DNA of 64,000 bases, taken from an uncultured Acidobacteriota bacterium. Lineage in GTDB: Bacteria; Acidobacteriota; Thermoanaerobaculia; UBA5066. The stretch is from positions 14,708 through 78,707 of the forward strand of contig CAWIIN010000003.1 in the NCBI GenBank assembly GCA_963836285.1. The letters are read 5' to 3'. The notes under the pieces were generated by a model. The model did no database searches. It was not told the DNA's origin and saw only the letters and a program-made list of their open reading frames with translations. The translations under genes and the position numbers were made by a program. Every line of letters begins with the position of its first letter. Positions within the stretch are counted from its first letter, which is position 1. This document shows, piece by piece, positions 10,206 through 19,352 of the stretch.

Positions 10206-10619
10206 ATGGAAAAGACATTCGCCATCATCAAGCCGGACGCCGTCGAATCGAAGAACGCCGGGAAGATCCTCTCGCGCATCGAGGCGGAGGGCTTCCGGGT
10301 CGTCGCGTTCAAGCGCCACGCCATCACGAAGATACAGGCCGAGTCCTTCTACGCCGAGCACGCGGGCAAGGGCTTCTTCAACTCCCTCGTCGCGTACATG
10401 ACGTCGGGGCCGGTCTACGTCGCCGTCCTCGAACGTGACAACGGCGTCGCGCACTGGCGCGCCACGATGGGCGCGACCGACCCCGCGAAGGCCGATGCCG
10501 GCACGATCCGCAGGGAGTTCGGCCAGTCCATCGAGCGCAACGCCGTGCACGGCTCGGCGAACCCGGCGGACGCGGCCCGCGAGGTCACGTTCTTCTTCCC
10601 CGCGTCCGACCTGCTCTAA
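10206..10619 (+). CDS. ndk: Nucleoside diphosphate kinase
   Basis: TFAIIKPDA; GTIRREFG; NAVHGS catalytic His. Confidence 0.97.
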   Translation: MEKTFAIIKPDAVESKNAGKILSRIEAEGFRVVAFKRHAITKIQAESFYAEHAGKGFFNSLVAYMTSGPVYVAVLERDNGVAHWRATMGATDPAKADAGTIRREFGQSIERNAVHGSANPADAAREVTFFFPASDLL

Positions 10620-10669
10620 CGCCTCTTCCTGTAACGCACGTCACACTTTCAATTCCGCCGGCGCACGTC

Positions 10670-10684
10670 TGGCGGCCCCTTTGC
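10670..10684 (+). promoter_or_regulatory. Putative sigma-54 promoter
   Basis: TGGC-GGCCCCT-TTGC with canonical -24/-12 spacing, upstream of the VWA-OmpA genes. Confidence 0.45.
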
Positions 10685-10748
10685 TTCGTCGCACGGGAAA
10701 GGCGCCGACACTCCTGTGCGGGAAGGTTCTACACTGGCGCCACAAGTC

Positions 10749-11711
10749 ATGCTGACGGAGAGACTTCCGATTCTTCCGCTCCTCCTCGGCCCCGCCCTCA
10801 TGGTGGGCGCCGGGGTGTCCGCCCAGGTCTCCCCGGCGGCGAAAGCGACCGGTTCCGTCTCCGTCGGCTACGTAATGGTGCCCTTCGTCCTCACGGACCT
10901 GAAGGGCAAGCCGATCCCCGATCTCAAGGAGAAAGACGTCACGCTCCTCGTCGACGGCCATCCCGTCCGGACGGACCTCTTCTCGAGAAGCGACGACGCG
11001 CCCGTCTCATTCACGATCCTCCTCGACGGCTCGGGCTCGATGGGGCTCGTCGGCAAGATGCCCGGCGCGCGCGCCGCGTTGCGCGCGCTCGTCGAGCAGA
11101 GGCTCCCGGGTGACGACTTCTCGCTCTACGTCTTCTCGTCGGGCGAGGTGCGCGAGGTCGTGCCCTTCACCTCCGACGTGCGGAAGCTCCTCGCGGCCGT
11201 CGACACCGTGACCCCGCACGGGCGCACGGCGTTCTACGACGCGCTCGCCCGCATGCCGGACCGCACGCTCCTCGGTCGCAACGGTTCGCGCGCGATCGTC
11301 CTCCTGACCGACGGAATCGACAACGCGTCCGAGCTCACGCGCGACGACCTCGCGGCAATCCTCGAGGGCGTCGACGTTCCCGTCTATCCGATCGGCCTGA
11401 GGTCGCCCGGGCCTCCGGTCGCGCCGCCGCCAGGCGTCACCCCGGAGGCGCTCCTGAACCTCGAAATCCTCGGGCACGTCGCGCGCCTCTCGGGAGGCCT
11501 GCTCTCGATCGTCGACGACGCCGCGCAGCTGCCGGCCGCGATCACGCGCGTCGAAAGGGACCTGCGCACGCAGTACCTCGTGGGCTTCACGCCCACCGGC
11601 GCGGGCCCGGTCCGTTTCCGTCGCATCTCGCTCCGCCTTTCAGGCCCCGCACGACCCGTCCGCGTCCGGGCGGGCTACCGGGGCACGCTGCCGCCTTTCA
11701 AGGGCGGCTGA
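10749..11711 (+). CDS. VWA domain protein (acidobacterial VWFA-related type)
   Basis: MIDAS DGSGS; TAFYDAL; LLTDGIDN; [10 protein letters not shown]. Confidence 0.9.
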   Translation: MLTERLPILPLLLGPALMVGAGVSAQVSPAAKATGSVSVGYVMVPFVLTDLKGKPIPDLKEKDVTLLVDGHPVRTDLFSRSDDAPVSFTILLDGSGSMGLVGKMPGARAALRALVEQRLPGDDFSLYVFSSGEVREVVPFTSDVRKLLAAVDTVTPHGRTAFYDALARMPDRTLLGRNGSRAIVLLTDGIDNASELTRDDLAAILEGVDVPVYPIGLRSPGPPVAPPPGVTPEALLNLEILGHVARLSGGLLSIVDDAAQLPAAITRVERDLRTQYLVGFTPTGAGPVRFRRISLRLSGPARPVRVRAGYRGTLPPFKGG

Positions 11712-11730
11712 AATCCCAACAGGAGGACTC

Positions 11731-12363
11731 ATGAAGACCCCCGTCACTCTCCTCGCGGCCGCCGTCGGCCTTTCGCTCGCCTCGTGCGCGACGACGACCG
11801 ACATCGACAAGAAGATCGCGGAATCGCAGACGAAGACCGACAAGAAGATCGAGTCGGTCGAGACGCAGGTCGAGCAGCTCCAGGAGGGGCAGAAGTCGAC
11901 CTCGGGCAAGGTGGAGGAGCAGGGCAAGCAGATCGAGCAGCTCGGCCAGTCCGCCAAGGACGCGCTCGCCCGCGCCCAGGAGGCCGGCGTCCTCGCGAAG
12001 GGCAAGATCGTCTTCCAGCAGTCGTTCGCCGAGGACCGCGTGCGCTTCAAGATCAACTCCTTCGACCTGACGAAGGAGGCGAAGGCCGCCCTCGACGAGT
12101 TCGCGGCGAAGGTCAAGGCCCTGGACAAGGGTGTGTATCTCGAGATCCAGGGGCACACGGACGACACGGGCGGCACGGACTACAACGACCAGCTCGGCCA
12201 GCAGCGAGCAGAGGCCGTCCGCCGTTACCTCGCCCGCCAGCACCACCTCGCACTCGGCCGCATGTCGACGATCTCGTACGGCGACACGCTTCCGGTCGAG
12301 AGCAACAAGACGGCGCTCGGCCGCTCCAAGAACCGCCGCGTCGTGGTCGTCGTCCTCGAGTAG
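11731..12363 (+). CDS. OmpA-family lipoprotein
   Basis: Lipobox LASC; coiled coil; GHTD...NDQLGQQRAEAV; NRRV. Confidence 0.92.
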   Translation: MKTPVTLLAAAVGLSLASCATTTDIDKKIAESQTKTDKKIESVETQVEQLQEGQKSTSGKVEEQGKQIEQLGQSAKDALARAQEAGVLAKGKIVFQQSFAEDRVRFKINSFDLTKEAKAALDEFAAKVKALDKGVYLEIQGHTDDTGGTDYNDQLGQQRAEAVRRYLARQHHLALGRMSTISYGDTLPVESNKTALGRSKNRRVVVVVLE

Positions 12364-12387
12364 AAGAAAGAAACACCGGAGATTCTG

Positions 12388-12418
12388 CAGCGGGCCCTCA
12401 CGGGCCCGCTGATTTCTT
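12388..12418 (+). terminator. Intrinsic terminator-like hairpin
   Basis: Perfect 10 bp stem CAGCGGGCCC-TCAC-GGGCCCGCTG followed by ATTTCTT, between convergent genes. Confidence 0.6.
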
Positions 12419-12502
12419 AGAAGGGTGTTTGCAGCGACGCGCCCAAGTGACCGCGGCGCGGTGACCGCCGCCTCGGCGCCACACACACCTTCTAAGAAAA
12501 TC
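12411..12502. repeat. Bipartite inverted motif, pair B (intergenic)
   Basis: GATTTCTTAGAAGGG (12411-12425), 61 bp spacer, ACCTTCTAAGAAAATC (12487-12502). Confidence 0.8.
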
Positions 12503-12504
12503 TT

Positions 12505-13401
12505 CTATCTCTTCTTTCTCCCCTTCTTCCTCAGATCCTCCAGCAGCTTGAGGAAGTCGCCGGGGGGGTCCGCGTCGAGCGAGACGACCTTGCCTTCCTC
12601 CGTCTTCCAGCCGAGGTGCCCGGCGTGGAGCGCCTGGCGCGGGAACGGGACGGGGAACGGCTTCGCCTTGCGGTCGCGGTAGACGGAGTCGCCGACGAGG
12701 ACGTGACCCGCGTTCGCGAAGTGGATGCGGATCTGGTGGGTGCGCCCGGTCTTCAGGCGGGCCTCGACGAGCGTCGCGATCCCGAAGCGTTCGAGGACGG
12801 TCCACTCCGTGACCGCCTTGAGCCCCGGCTCCCCCGGTTTCGCGACGCCGCGGCGCCTCTCCCCGGGCTCGGCGACGAGATCCCGGTCGAACGTGCCCGC
12901 GTCGCCGGCGAGGTCGCCCTCGACGACCGCCCGGTACCGCCGGTCCATCGTGTGCGCGCGCAGCTGCGCCTGCATGCCGATCAGGCCGCGCCGGCTCCGG
13001 GCGAAGACGAGGATCCCGGACGTCTCCTTGTCGAGCCGGTGGACGACGGACACGAACGTCCGCGCGCCGCCGCCGTGCCGCTTCTGGACGTACGTCGAGA
13101 CGCGCGCGAGGAGCGTTTCCTTCTCCTTGGCCTCCGTGGGGTGCGTGAGGAGACCCGACGGCTTGAAGACCGCGATCGCGTCGTCGTCCTCGTACAGGAC
13201 CTTCAGGGCCGTCGCGACGCGGCGCTCGATGCGGCGGTCGCGGTCCCACACGAGGTCGGCCCCCGGCGCCACGAGTGCGCCGGGATCGTTCACGACGGCG
13301 CCGTTCACCGAGACCTGGCCCTCGAGGACGGCGCGCTTGAGGCGCGCCCCCGAAAACGTGGGGTAGCGGGTTCGCAGCGCGGGGACGATTCGAGACTCCA
13401 C
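12505..13401 (-). CDS. RluA/RluD-family pseudouridine synthase
   Basis: S4-like N-terminus; KPSGLLTHP; VHRLDKETSG; TGRTHQIRIH; QALHA. Confidence 0.93.
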   Translation of the reverse strand: MESRIVPALRTRYPTFSGARLKRAVLEGQVSVNGAVVNDPGALVAPGADLVWDRDRRIERRVATALKVLYEDDDAIAVFKPSGLLTHPTEAKEKETLLARVSTYVQKRHGGGARTFVSVVHRLDKETSGILVFARSRRGLIGMQAQLRAHTMDRRYRAVVEGDLAGDAGTFDRDLVAEPGERRRGVAKPGEPGLKAVTEWTVLERFGIATLVEARLKTGRTHQIRIHFANAGHVLVGDSVYRDRKAKPFPVPFPRQALHAGHLGWKTEEGKVVSLDADPPGDFLKLLEDLRKKGRKKR

Positions 13402-13440
13402 GCCCCGATCCTCGCACGTCCCGCCGGTTAGACTCGCGCC

Positions 13441-14721
13441 ATGGCCGACCGATCCGTCTTCCGGCGCCGCCGCGCCCGCTTTTTCGACGCGATGGGCGAG
13501 GGCGTCGCGCTCCTCTTCGCCGCCCCCGAGGCGTCGTTCGGATACGACGTTCACTACCGCTACCGACCCGACCCGGATTTCTTCTACCTGACCGGCTTCG
13601 CCGAGCCCGGAGCGACCGCCGTCCTCGACGCGGACTCGCGGACGTTCACGCTCTTCGTGCTCCCACGCGATCGCGAGCGCGAGACGTGGGAGGGCCGCCG
13701 CGCGGGACCCGAGGGCGCCGTGAAGACGTTCGGGGCCGACCGGGCGTTCCCGGCTGACGAGCTCGGCCGGCGACTGCCGGACCTCGTCCGCAAGGCGCGC
13801 GTGCTTCACCACGCGCTCGGCCTCTCGGACGCGAGCGACCGGCTCGTCGCCGGGCTCCTCGCGCGCTTCCGGCGCGAGGCGCGCCACCCGAACAGGGGCC
13901 CCGTGACGGTCGCCGACCCGACAGACGTTCTCCACGCGATGCGGCTCGTGAAGGCGCCCGAGGAGATCGCGCTCCTCGAGCGCGCCGCCGCAATCGCGGT
14001 TTCGGCTCACCGCGACGCGCAGCGGACGGCGCGGCCCGGGCGGTTCGAGTACGAGATCGAGGCGGCCGTCGACCGGCGGTTCCGCGCGATGGGCGCGAGC
14101 GGCCCGGCCTACCCGACGATCGTCGCCTCGGGCGAGAACGCGACGATCCTCCACTACGTCGAGAACGCCCGCCGGCTCGCGGCGGGCGACCTCGTCCTCG
14201 TGGACGCGGGGTGCGAGGTCGCGGGCTACGCGTCCGACGTGACGCGGACGTTTCCCGCGACGGGACGGTTCACGCGGCCGCAGGCGCGGCTCTACGGAGC
14301 CGTCCTCGCGGCCCAGCGCGCGGCGATCGCCGCCGTGAGGCCCGGCGCGCCGTGGGACGCTCCGCACGAGGCGGCGCGCGCCGTCCTTCTGGACGCGCTC
14401 CTCGACCTCGGCCTCCTGAAAGGCCGGCGCGAGACGCTGCGGAAGAAGAACGCCGCGCAGCGGTTCGCGCTCCATCACACGTCGCACTGGCTCGGTCTCG
14501 ACGTGCACGACCGGGGGCGGTACCGTGACGAGCGCGGCCGCCCACGGCCGCTCGCCGCCGGCATGGTCCTCACGATCGAGCCGGGTCTCTACGTCCGGCC
14601 GGACGAGACGCGCGTGCCGAAGGAGTACCTCGGTCTCGGGATCCGCATCGAGGACGACGTCCTCGTGACGGAATCCGGCGCGCGGGTCCTGACGGGGAAT
14701 GCGCCGAAGGCCGGCGCCTAG
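13441..14721 (+). CDS. pepP: Xaa-Pro aminopeptidase (M24B)
   Basis: FFYLTGF; LHY; DAG...YASDVTRTFP; HWLGLDVHD; TIEPGLY; GIRIEDD. Confidence 0.93.
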   Translation: MADRSVFRRRRARFFDAMGEGVALLFAAPEASFGYDVHYRYRPDPDFFYLTGFAEPGATAVLDADSRTFTLFVLPRDRERETWEGRRAGPEGAVKTFGADRAFPADELGRRLPDLVRKARVLHHALGLSDASDRLVAGLLARFRREARHPNRGPVTVADPTDVLHAMRLVKAPEEIALLERAAAIAVSAHRDAQRTARPGRFEYEIEAAVDRRFRAMGASGPAYPTIVASGENATILHYVENARRLAAGDLVLVDAGCEVAGYASDVTRTFPATGRFTRPQARLYGAVLAAQRAAIAAVRPGAPWDAPHEAARAVLLDALLDLGLLKGRRETLRKKNAAQRFALHHTSHWLGLDVHDRGRYRDERGRPRPLAAGMVLTIEPGLYVRPDETRVPKEYLGLGIRIEDDVLVTESGARVLTGNAPKAGA

Positions 14722-15191
14722 ATCCAGCGCCGCGTGCGGGCCTTGAACGAGCGGTACGTGTCCCCGAATCTCCGCTCGAGGTAGGCCTCCTCACGGTCGA
14801 TCACGAGCCGGCGCAGCGCGAGCCAGACGGGAGGAAGCACCGCGAGGAGCCACGGCGTGTTCGCGACGAGCGCGAGCGCGGCCGTGAAGACCGAGAGGCC
14901 GACGTACATCGGGTTGCGCGAGACGCGGTACGGGCCCCACGTCACGAGAGCGCTCACGGGATGATTCGGGTGCGGCGTCGTCCGCGCTCGGACGAACGTG
15001 AGGAACGCCCACCCGCCGAAGGCGAGGCCGAGGAGGGAGAGCGCGGCCCCGGCGAACGCGGCCTCTCCCTCGACGCGGAGGGGAACGAGCCGGACCGGGG
15101 CGAGCCAACGCAGGAGGTAGCCCACGCCGATCCCGACGCCGAAGAGGACCGGAGGCACGACCAGGACGTTCGCGTGATCTTCGGTGGACAT
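14718..15191 (-). CDS. Isoprenylcysteine carboxyl methyltransferase / PEMT-like membrane protein
   Basis: GPYRVSRNPMY; EEAYLERRFG; RRWI. Confidence 0.88.
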   Translation of the reverse strand: MSTEDHANVLVVPPVLFGVGIGVGYLLRWLAPVRLVPLRVEGEAAFAGAALSLLGLAFGGWAFLTFVRARTTPHPNHPVSALVTWGPYRVSRNPMYVGLSVFTAALALVANTPWLLAVLPPVWLALRRLVIDREEAYLERRFGDTYRSFKARTRRWI

Positions 15192-15245
15192 CGGTTCGGG
15201 CAGGATAACCGGCGGCGGGGCGCGGTGTCCCGCTCCGGTCGGCCC

Positions 15246-16775
15246 TCAGCGCGTCCCCACGCGTCGCCGCGCCGGGCCTCCCTCCAGCGCGGCATCGGAG
15301 GGCAGCCATTCCCTCGCCGATCCGTCGTCCATGACGAGACACTGCGGGCCGGGAAGAGCGCGCAGCCGCGCGGACAGCGCCCGATTGCGGTCCGGGCTGT
15401 GGTACGGAATGAACCGCACACGCTCGTCGCTCAGGAACTGAAGAGTGTACGAGGTGTCGTACCCCGCGTGGCAGACCGTGTAGCCCTGCCGCACGATCGC
15501 CTCGACCGTCGGCCGAGAGTCGGGCTCGAGAAGGATGTCCGCGACCGTGCGCCCCGCCTGCCGCCAGAGAAACACGGCCACGAGGAGCGCGAGCCCCGCC
15601 GACGCGGCCGCGACGAGCGCGGCGGGAGCCCTCCGCCTCAGGAGGCGCGTGGTTTCCGAGAACGCGACGGCGAGGAGAGCCAGCACGGGCGGAAGCGCGG
15701 GGGTGACGTAGCGCAGCTGGGCCGGGTCGACGTTCATGAAGACGAGCGCCGCCGCGGCGAGCGCCGCGATCGAGGCGACGAGGAGGAGACCCGCGGCAGG
15801 AGCACGAGGGCGGCCGGACTCGGCGACTCCGGGGCGCCTCGCGCGCCGCGTCGCGGCGAGAAGCCCCGCGAGGAGGACGGCCGCCGCGCCGACGAGGACG
15901 GGCGCCGGAGCGAGCCCCTCGAGACCCGTGAGGCGCCAGAACTCCCCGCCGACGAAATGGACGAGCCGGACCGGGGCATCCGCCAGGCGCCACGGGGGGA
16001 CGACCGGGCCCGCGGCCGGCTCGTACCAGCCGAGGAGGCGCCCCAGCCAGACCGGCGCATAGCCGACGAGGGCGCCGACGACGAGCGGCGCCGTGTCGCG
16101 CGCCCCGCGTCGCCCGGGGCGCAGCAGGACGACGGCCGCGGCCGGGAGGAGAACGAAGACGATCGTCTGGTTCATCCACCAGCCGATTCCCGCGATCAGT
16201 CCGAAGGCGAATCGCCCCCAAAACCCGTCGACGACGGGCCGTGGATGCTTCAGGACGTTCGCCGCCAGGAGGAACAGCAGGGAACCGAGCAGGAAGGACA
16301 TCTCGGGCCCGAGTCCGCTCTTGTGAAGCGCCGACAGCCGGACGAAGAACGGTGGGCCGATGGCCATCCAGAATCCGGCGGCCGCGGCGATCACGCGCCC
16401 GAAAAGCGGCCCGAATGCCAGAACGTAGATGCAGATGCCGAGCGCGATCTCTCCCATGCTGGCCAGCCGCAGCGCGATCGGCCCGCCCTCGACTCCGATG
16501 CCCGCGGGGTCGAGGAACACCCTGCGAATCCCGGCGGCGAGGGCGGGTGTCAGCGGGCCCATGTAGTTCTGCCCCCAGAAGAAGACGTCGAATCCCGCCC
16601 CGTCGTGGATCTTCTTCGCCATGAGGCCGAAGATCGCGCTGTCTCCGTTCCAGCCGCGCGCCGAGCCCTCCACGGTGAGGAGCGGGAGCCTCACGAGGAC
16701 GAAGACGGCGAGGACGGCCGCGATCGACGCCGCGCCGAGGAGCGATTCTCTCCGGTCCGTTCCTGGGGTCTTCAC
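15246..16775 (-). CDS. Multi-pass membrane protein, probable GT-C fold glycosyltransferase
   Basis: First-loop acidic motif NGDSAIFGLMA; FFWGQNYMG; many TM helices. Confidence 0.6.
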   Translation of the reverse strand: MKTPGTDRRESLLGAASIAAVLAVFVLVRLPLLTVEGSARGWNGDSAIFGLMAKKIHDGAGFDVFFWGQNYMGPLTPALAAGIRRVFLDPAGIGVEGGPIALRLASMGEIALGICIYVLAFGPLFGRVIAAAAGFWMAIGPPFFVRLSALHKSGLGPEMSFLLGSLLFLLAANVLKHPRPVVDGFWGRFAFGLIAGIGWWMNQTIVFVLLPAAAVVLLRPGRRGARDTAPLVVGALVGYAPVWLGRLLGWYEPAAGPVVPPWRLADAPVRLVHFVGGEFWRLTGLEGLAPAPVLVGAAAVLLAGLLAATRRARRPGVAESGRPRAPAAGLLLVASIAALAAAALVFMNVDPAQLRYVTPALPPVLALLAVAFSETTRLLRRRAPAALVAAASAGLALLVAVFLWRQAGRTVADILLEPDSRPTVEAIVRQGYTVCHAGYDTSYTLQFLSDERVRFIPYHSPDRNRALSARLRALPGPQCLVMDDGSAREWLPSDAALEGGPARRRVGTR

Positions 16776-16788
16776 GTCCCCGGGACTT

Positions 16789-18930
16789 CTACTTCGCGAT
16801 GCCCAGTCGCGTCAGGAGGAACGCCTCGTCGAGCGCGATCTCGTGAAGGTAGTCGTACCGCCCCGACGCGCCGCCGTGGCCTGCGGCCATGTTCGTCTTC
16901 AGGAGCAACGGGTTCGCGTCGGTCTTGAGCGTACGCAGGCGCGCGACGTACTTCGCGGGCTCGTGGTAGAAGACCTGGCTGTCGTTGAACGACGTCTTCA
17001 CGAGCATCGCGGGGTACACGCCCTTCTTGAGGTTCGTGTACGGGCAGTACGTCCGGATGACCTCGTACTCGTCCTTCTTCGCCGGGTTTCCCCACTCCTC
17101 GTACTCGCCGACCGTGAGCGGCAGCGTCGCGTCGCTCATCGTGTTCAGGACGTCCACGAACGGCACGTGCGCGATCACGGCCGTGAAGAGGTCACGCCGC
17201 ATGTTCACGACGGCGCCCATGAGGAGGCCGCCGGCGCTCCCGCCCTCGATCGCGAGGCGGTCCTTCGCGGCGATCTTCTCCGCGACGAGATGCTCGGCGG
17301 CCGCGACGAAGTCCGTGAACGTGTTGCGCTTGTTCTTCATCCGGCCCGCGTCGTGCCAGGCCTTCCCCATCTCGCCCCCACCGCGGATGTGGGCGACGAC
17401 GTAGACGACGCCGCGGTCGAGGAGCGGGAGCCGGTCGGAGCGGAACGTGACGGGGATCGGGATGCCGTACGAGCCGTAGCCGTAGAGGAGCGTCGGGAAC
17501 GGTCCGTCCTTGAGCGTCCGCGCCGTGCCGTCCGCCGCCTTCGAGCGCCAGACGACCGAGAGCGGGATCTTCGTCCCGTCCGAGGCCGTCGCCCAGAGTC
17601 GCGCCGACGAGTACCGGGTCCGGTCGAAGCCCGGCACCTCCCATTCCTTGAGGAGCGTGGCCTTGCGCGCGTCCATGTCGTAGTCGAAGACGGACTGGGG
17701 CGTCACGAAGGACTGGTAGTCGTAGCGGAAGAACTTCGTGTCCCACACGCGGTTCGTTTCGGGGCTCGCCGTGTAGACGGGCTCAGGGAACGACACGGCG
17801 TGCGACGCGCCGGTCGTAAAGCTCCGGACCGTGAAGCGCGGGAGCCCGTGCGCGCGCTCCTCGAGGACGAGATGGTCCTTGAAGAGGTCGACGCCCTCGA
17901 GCATCACATCGGGTCGGTGCGGGACGATCTCCTTCCAGTTCGCGCGCCCGGGGGCCGCGATGGGCGCCGTCACGAGCCGGAAGTTGCGCCCTCCGGAGTT
18001 CGTCCGGATGTAGAAGAGATCGCCGCGGTGGTCGACGTCGTACTCGTGGTCCTGCTCGCGCGCGGCGACGAGCGTCCACGTGCCGTCGGGCACGTCGGCG
18101 CGAAGGACGCGAGCCTCCGACGTCGTGTGGCTCGCGCTCTCCATCACGAGCCAGTCCCGGCTCCGCGTCCGGCCCACGTGGACGCCGAACCTCTCGTCCT
18201 TCTCCTCGTAGAGGAGCGCGTCCGCGAACACCAGCGTCCCGACCCGGTGCCGGTAGACGCGGTGCGAGCGCTTCGTCGTCTCGTCCTCGACCGAGTAGAA
18301 GAGAGTCTTTCCGTCCGCCGCCCACGCCACGCTCGTGACGCGCAGCATCCGCTCGGGGAGGAGCGCGCCGGTCTTCAGGTCCTTGACGGCGAGCGTGTAC
18401 TGGCGGAAGCCCGTGTCGTCCGTCGAGTACGCGAGGAGGCTCCCGTCGTCCGACGGGCGGAACGCACCGAGCGACATGAACTTCTTGCCCGCGGCGAGCG
18501 CGTTCAGGTCCACGAGGACCTGTTCGGCGCCCTCCGGGAAGGGCTTCCGGCAGTGGATCCGGTACTGCTTCCCCTTCTCCGTCCGGTAGTAGTAGAGGAA
18601 CGCGCCGTCGCGATAGGGAACGGAGAGGTCGGTCTCCTTTACGTGCGCGACCATCTCGTCGTAGAGCCCCTTCTGCAGGGGCTCGGTCGGCTTCAGGATC
18701 GCGTCGGTGTACGCGTTCTCGGCCTCGAGGTACGCGGCGACCTCCGGGTTCGGCTTGTCGCGCAGCCAGTAGTACGGGTCGGGCCGCGGGTCGCCGTGGA
18801 GAAGGTGAGTCATCTCCACCTTCTTCGCCACGGGTGGAGTCGGCGGCGCGGGCGCGGCCGTCTGGGCGTTGGCGGGGGAAGCGGCGGTCGTCATCGTGAG
18901 GAGAAGGATCGGGAGGGACGCATGTCGCAC
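16789..18930 (-). CDS. ptrB: Oligopeptidase B (S9A)
   Basis: DPYYWLRD; GGSAGGLL; NDSQV; AGHGGASGR. Confidence 0.93.
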   Translation of the reverse strand: MRHASLPILLLTMTTAASPANAQTAAPAPPTPPVAKKVEMTHLLHGDPRPDPYYWLRDKPNPEVAAYLEAENAYTDAILKPTEPLQKGLYDEMVAHVKETDLSVPYRDGAFLYYYRTEKGKQYRIHCRKPFPEGAEQVLVDLNALAAGKKFMSLGAFRPSDDGSLLAYSTDDTGFRQYTLAVKDLKTGALLPERMLRVTSVAWAADGKTLFYSVEDETTKRSHRVYRHRVGTLVFADALLYEEKDERFGVHVGRTRSRDWLVMESASHTTSEARVLRADVPDGTWTLVAAREQDHEYDVDHRGDLFYIRTNSGGRNFRLVTAPIAAPGRANWKEIVPHRPDVMLEGVDLFKDHLVLEERAHGLPRFTVRSFTTGASHAVSFPEPVYTASPETNRVWDTKFFRYDYQSFVTPQSVFDYDMDARKATLLKEWEVPGFDRTRYSSARLWATASDGTKIPLSVVWRSKAADGTARTLKDGPFPTLLYGYGSYGIPIPVTFRSDRLPLLDRGVVYVVAHIRGGGEMGKAWHDAGRMKNKRNTFTDFVAAAEHLVAEKIAAKDRLAIEGGSAGGLLMGAVVNMRRDLFTAVIAHVPFVDVLNTMSDATLPLTVGEYEEWGNPAKKDEYEVIRTYCPYTNLKKGVYPAMLVKTSFNDSQVFYHEPAKYVARLRTLKTDANPLLLKTNMAAGHGGASGRYDYLHEIALDEAFLLTRLGIAK

Positions 18931-18994
18931 GAAGGCCTCCAGTCCCGGGAAGCGGCAGGTTACCTCAGGATCGGATCGAGCGGCTCTGGCGGGA

Positions 18995-19264
18995 TCAGGC
19001 TCCGGGGAGGCCCTTGATCTGCTGCTCCATCGCCTCGAGTCCCTCGAGGACGCGCATCGTCTGCGAGCAGCGGTCGCACTCCCCCGGCGCCTGCGGGCAC
19101 GGCTTCTCGGGGCAGAACGGCTCCTTGGCGGCCATGAGCAGTCCCTCGACGACCGTCTTGACGCGCGCGCGCACCGGGGACTCGGAGGTTTCGCGGAGGA
19201 GCCGGATCAGCTCCATCTCCGCAGGGCTGAGCATCGCGACGACGGGCTGGTTTCCCTGGCTCAC
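18995..19264 (-). CDS. Small Cys-rich hypothetical protein, paralog of 41681-41956
   Basis: RBS ggagg plus GTG; C-x4-C-x6-C-x2-C; end-to-end similarity to the second copy. Confidence 0.75.
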   Translation of the reverse strand: MSQGNQPVVAMLSPAEMELIRLLRETSESPVRARVKTVVEGLLMAAKEPFCPEKPCPQAPGECDRCSQTMRVLEGLEAMEQQIKGLPGA

Positions 19265-19352
19265 GGACGGCCTCCCGAGACGGAATCTTAGTCCGGCGCC
19301 GCCGAAGCCCGCACGAGGCAGATGAATCAGGGATCGCCGACCGCTGGACCCA

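Noticed and set aside
10690-10720. Riboswitch (for example c-di-GMP) in the VWA leader
   Set aside because: A single hairpin with no recognisable aptamer consensus.
12411-12502. Reading the inverted-repeat element as a MITE or IS remnant
   Set aside because: Interiors differ between copies and in one case encode a conserved enzyme motif. I saw no target-site duplication or transposase.
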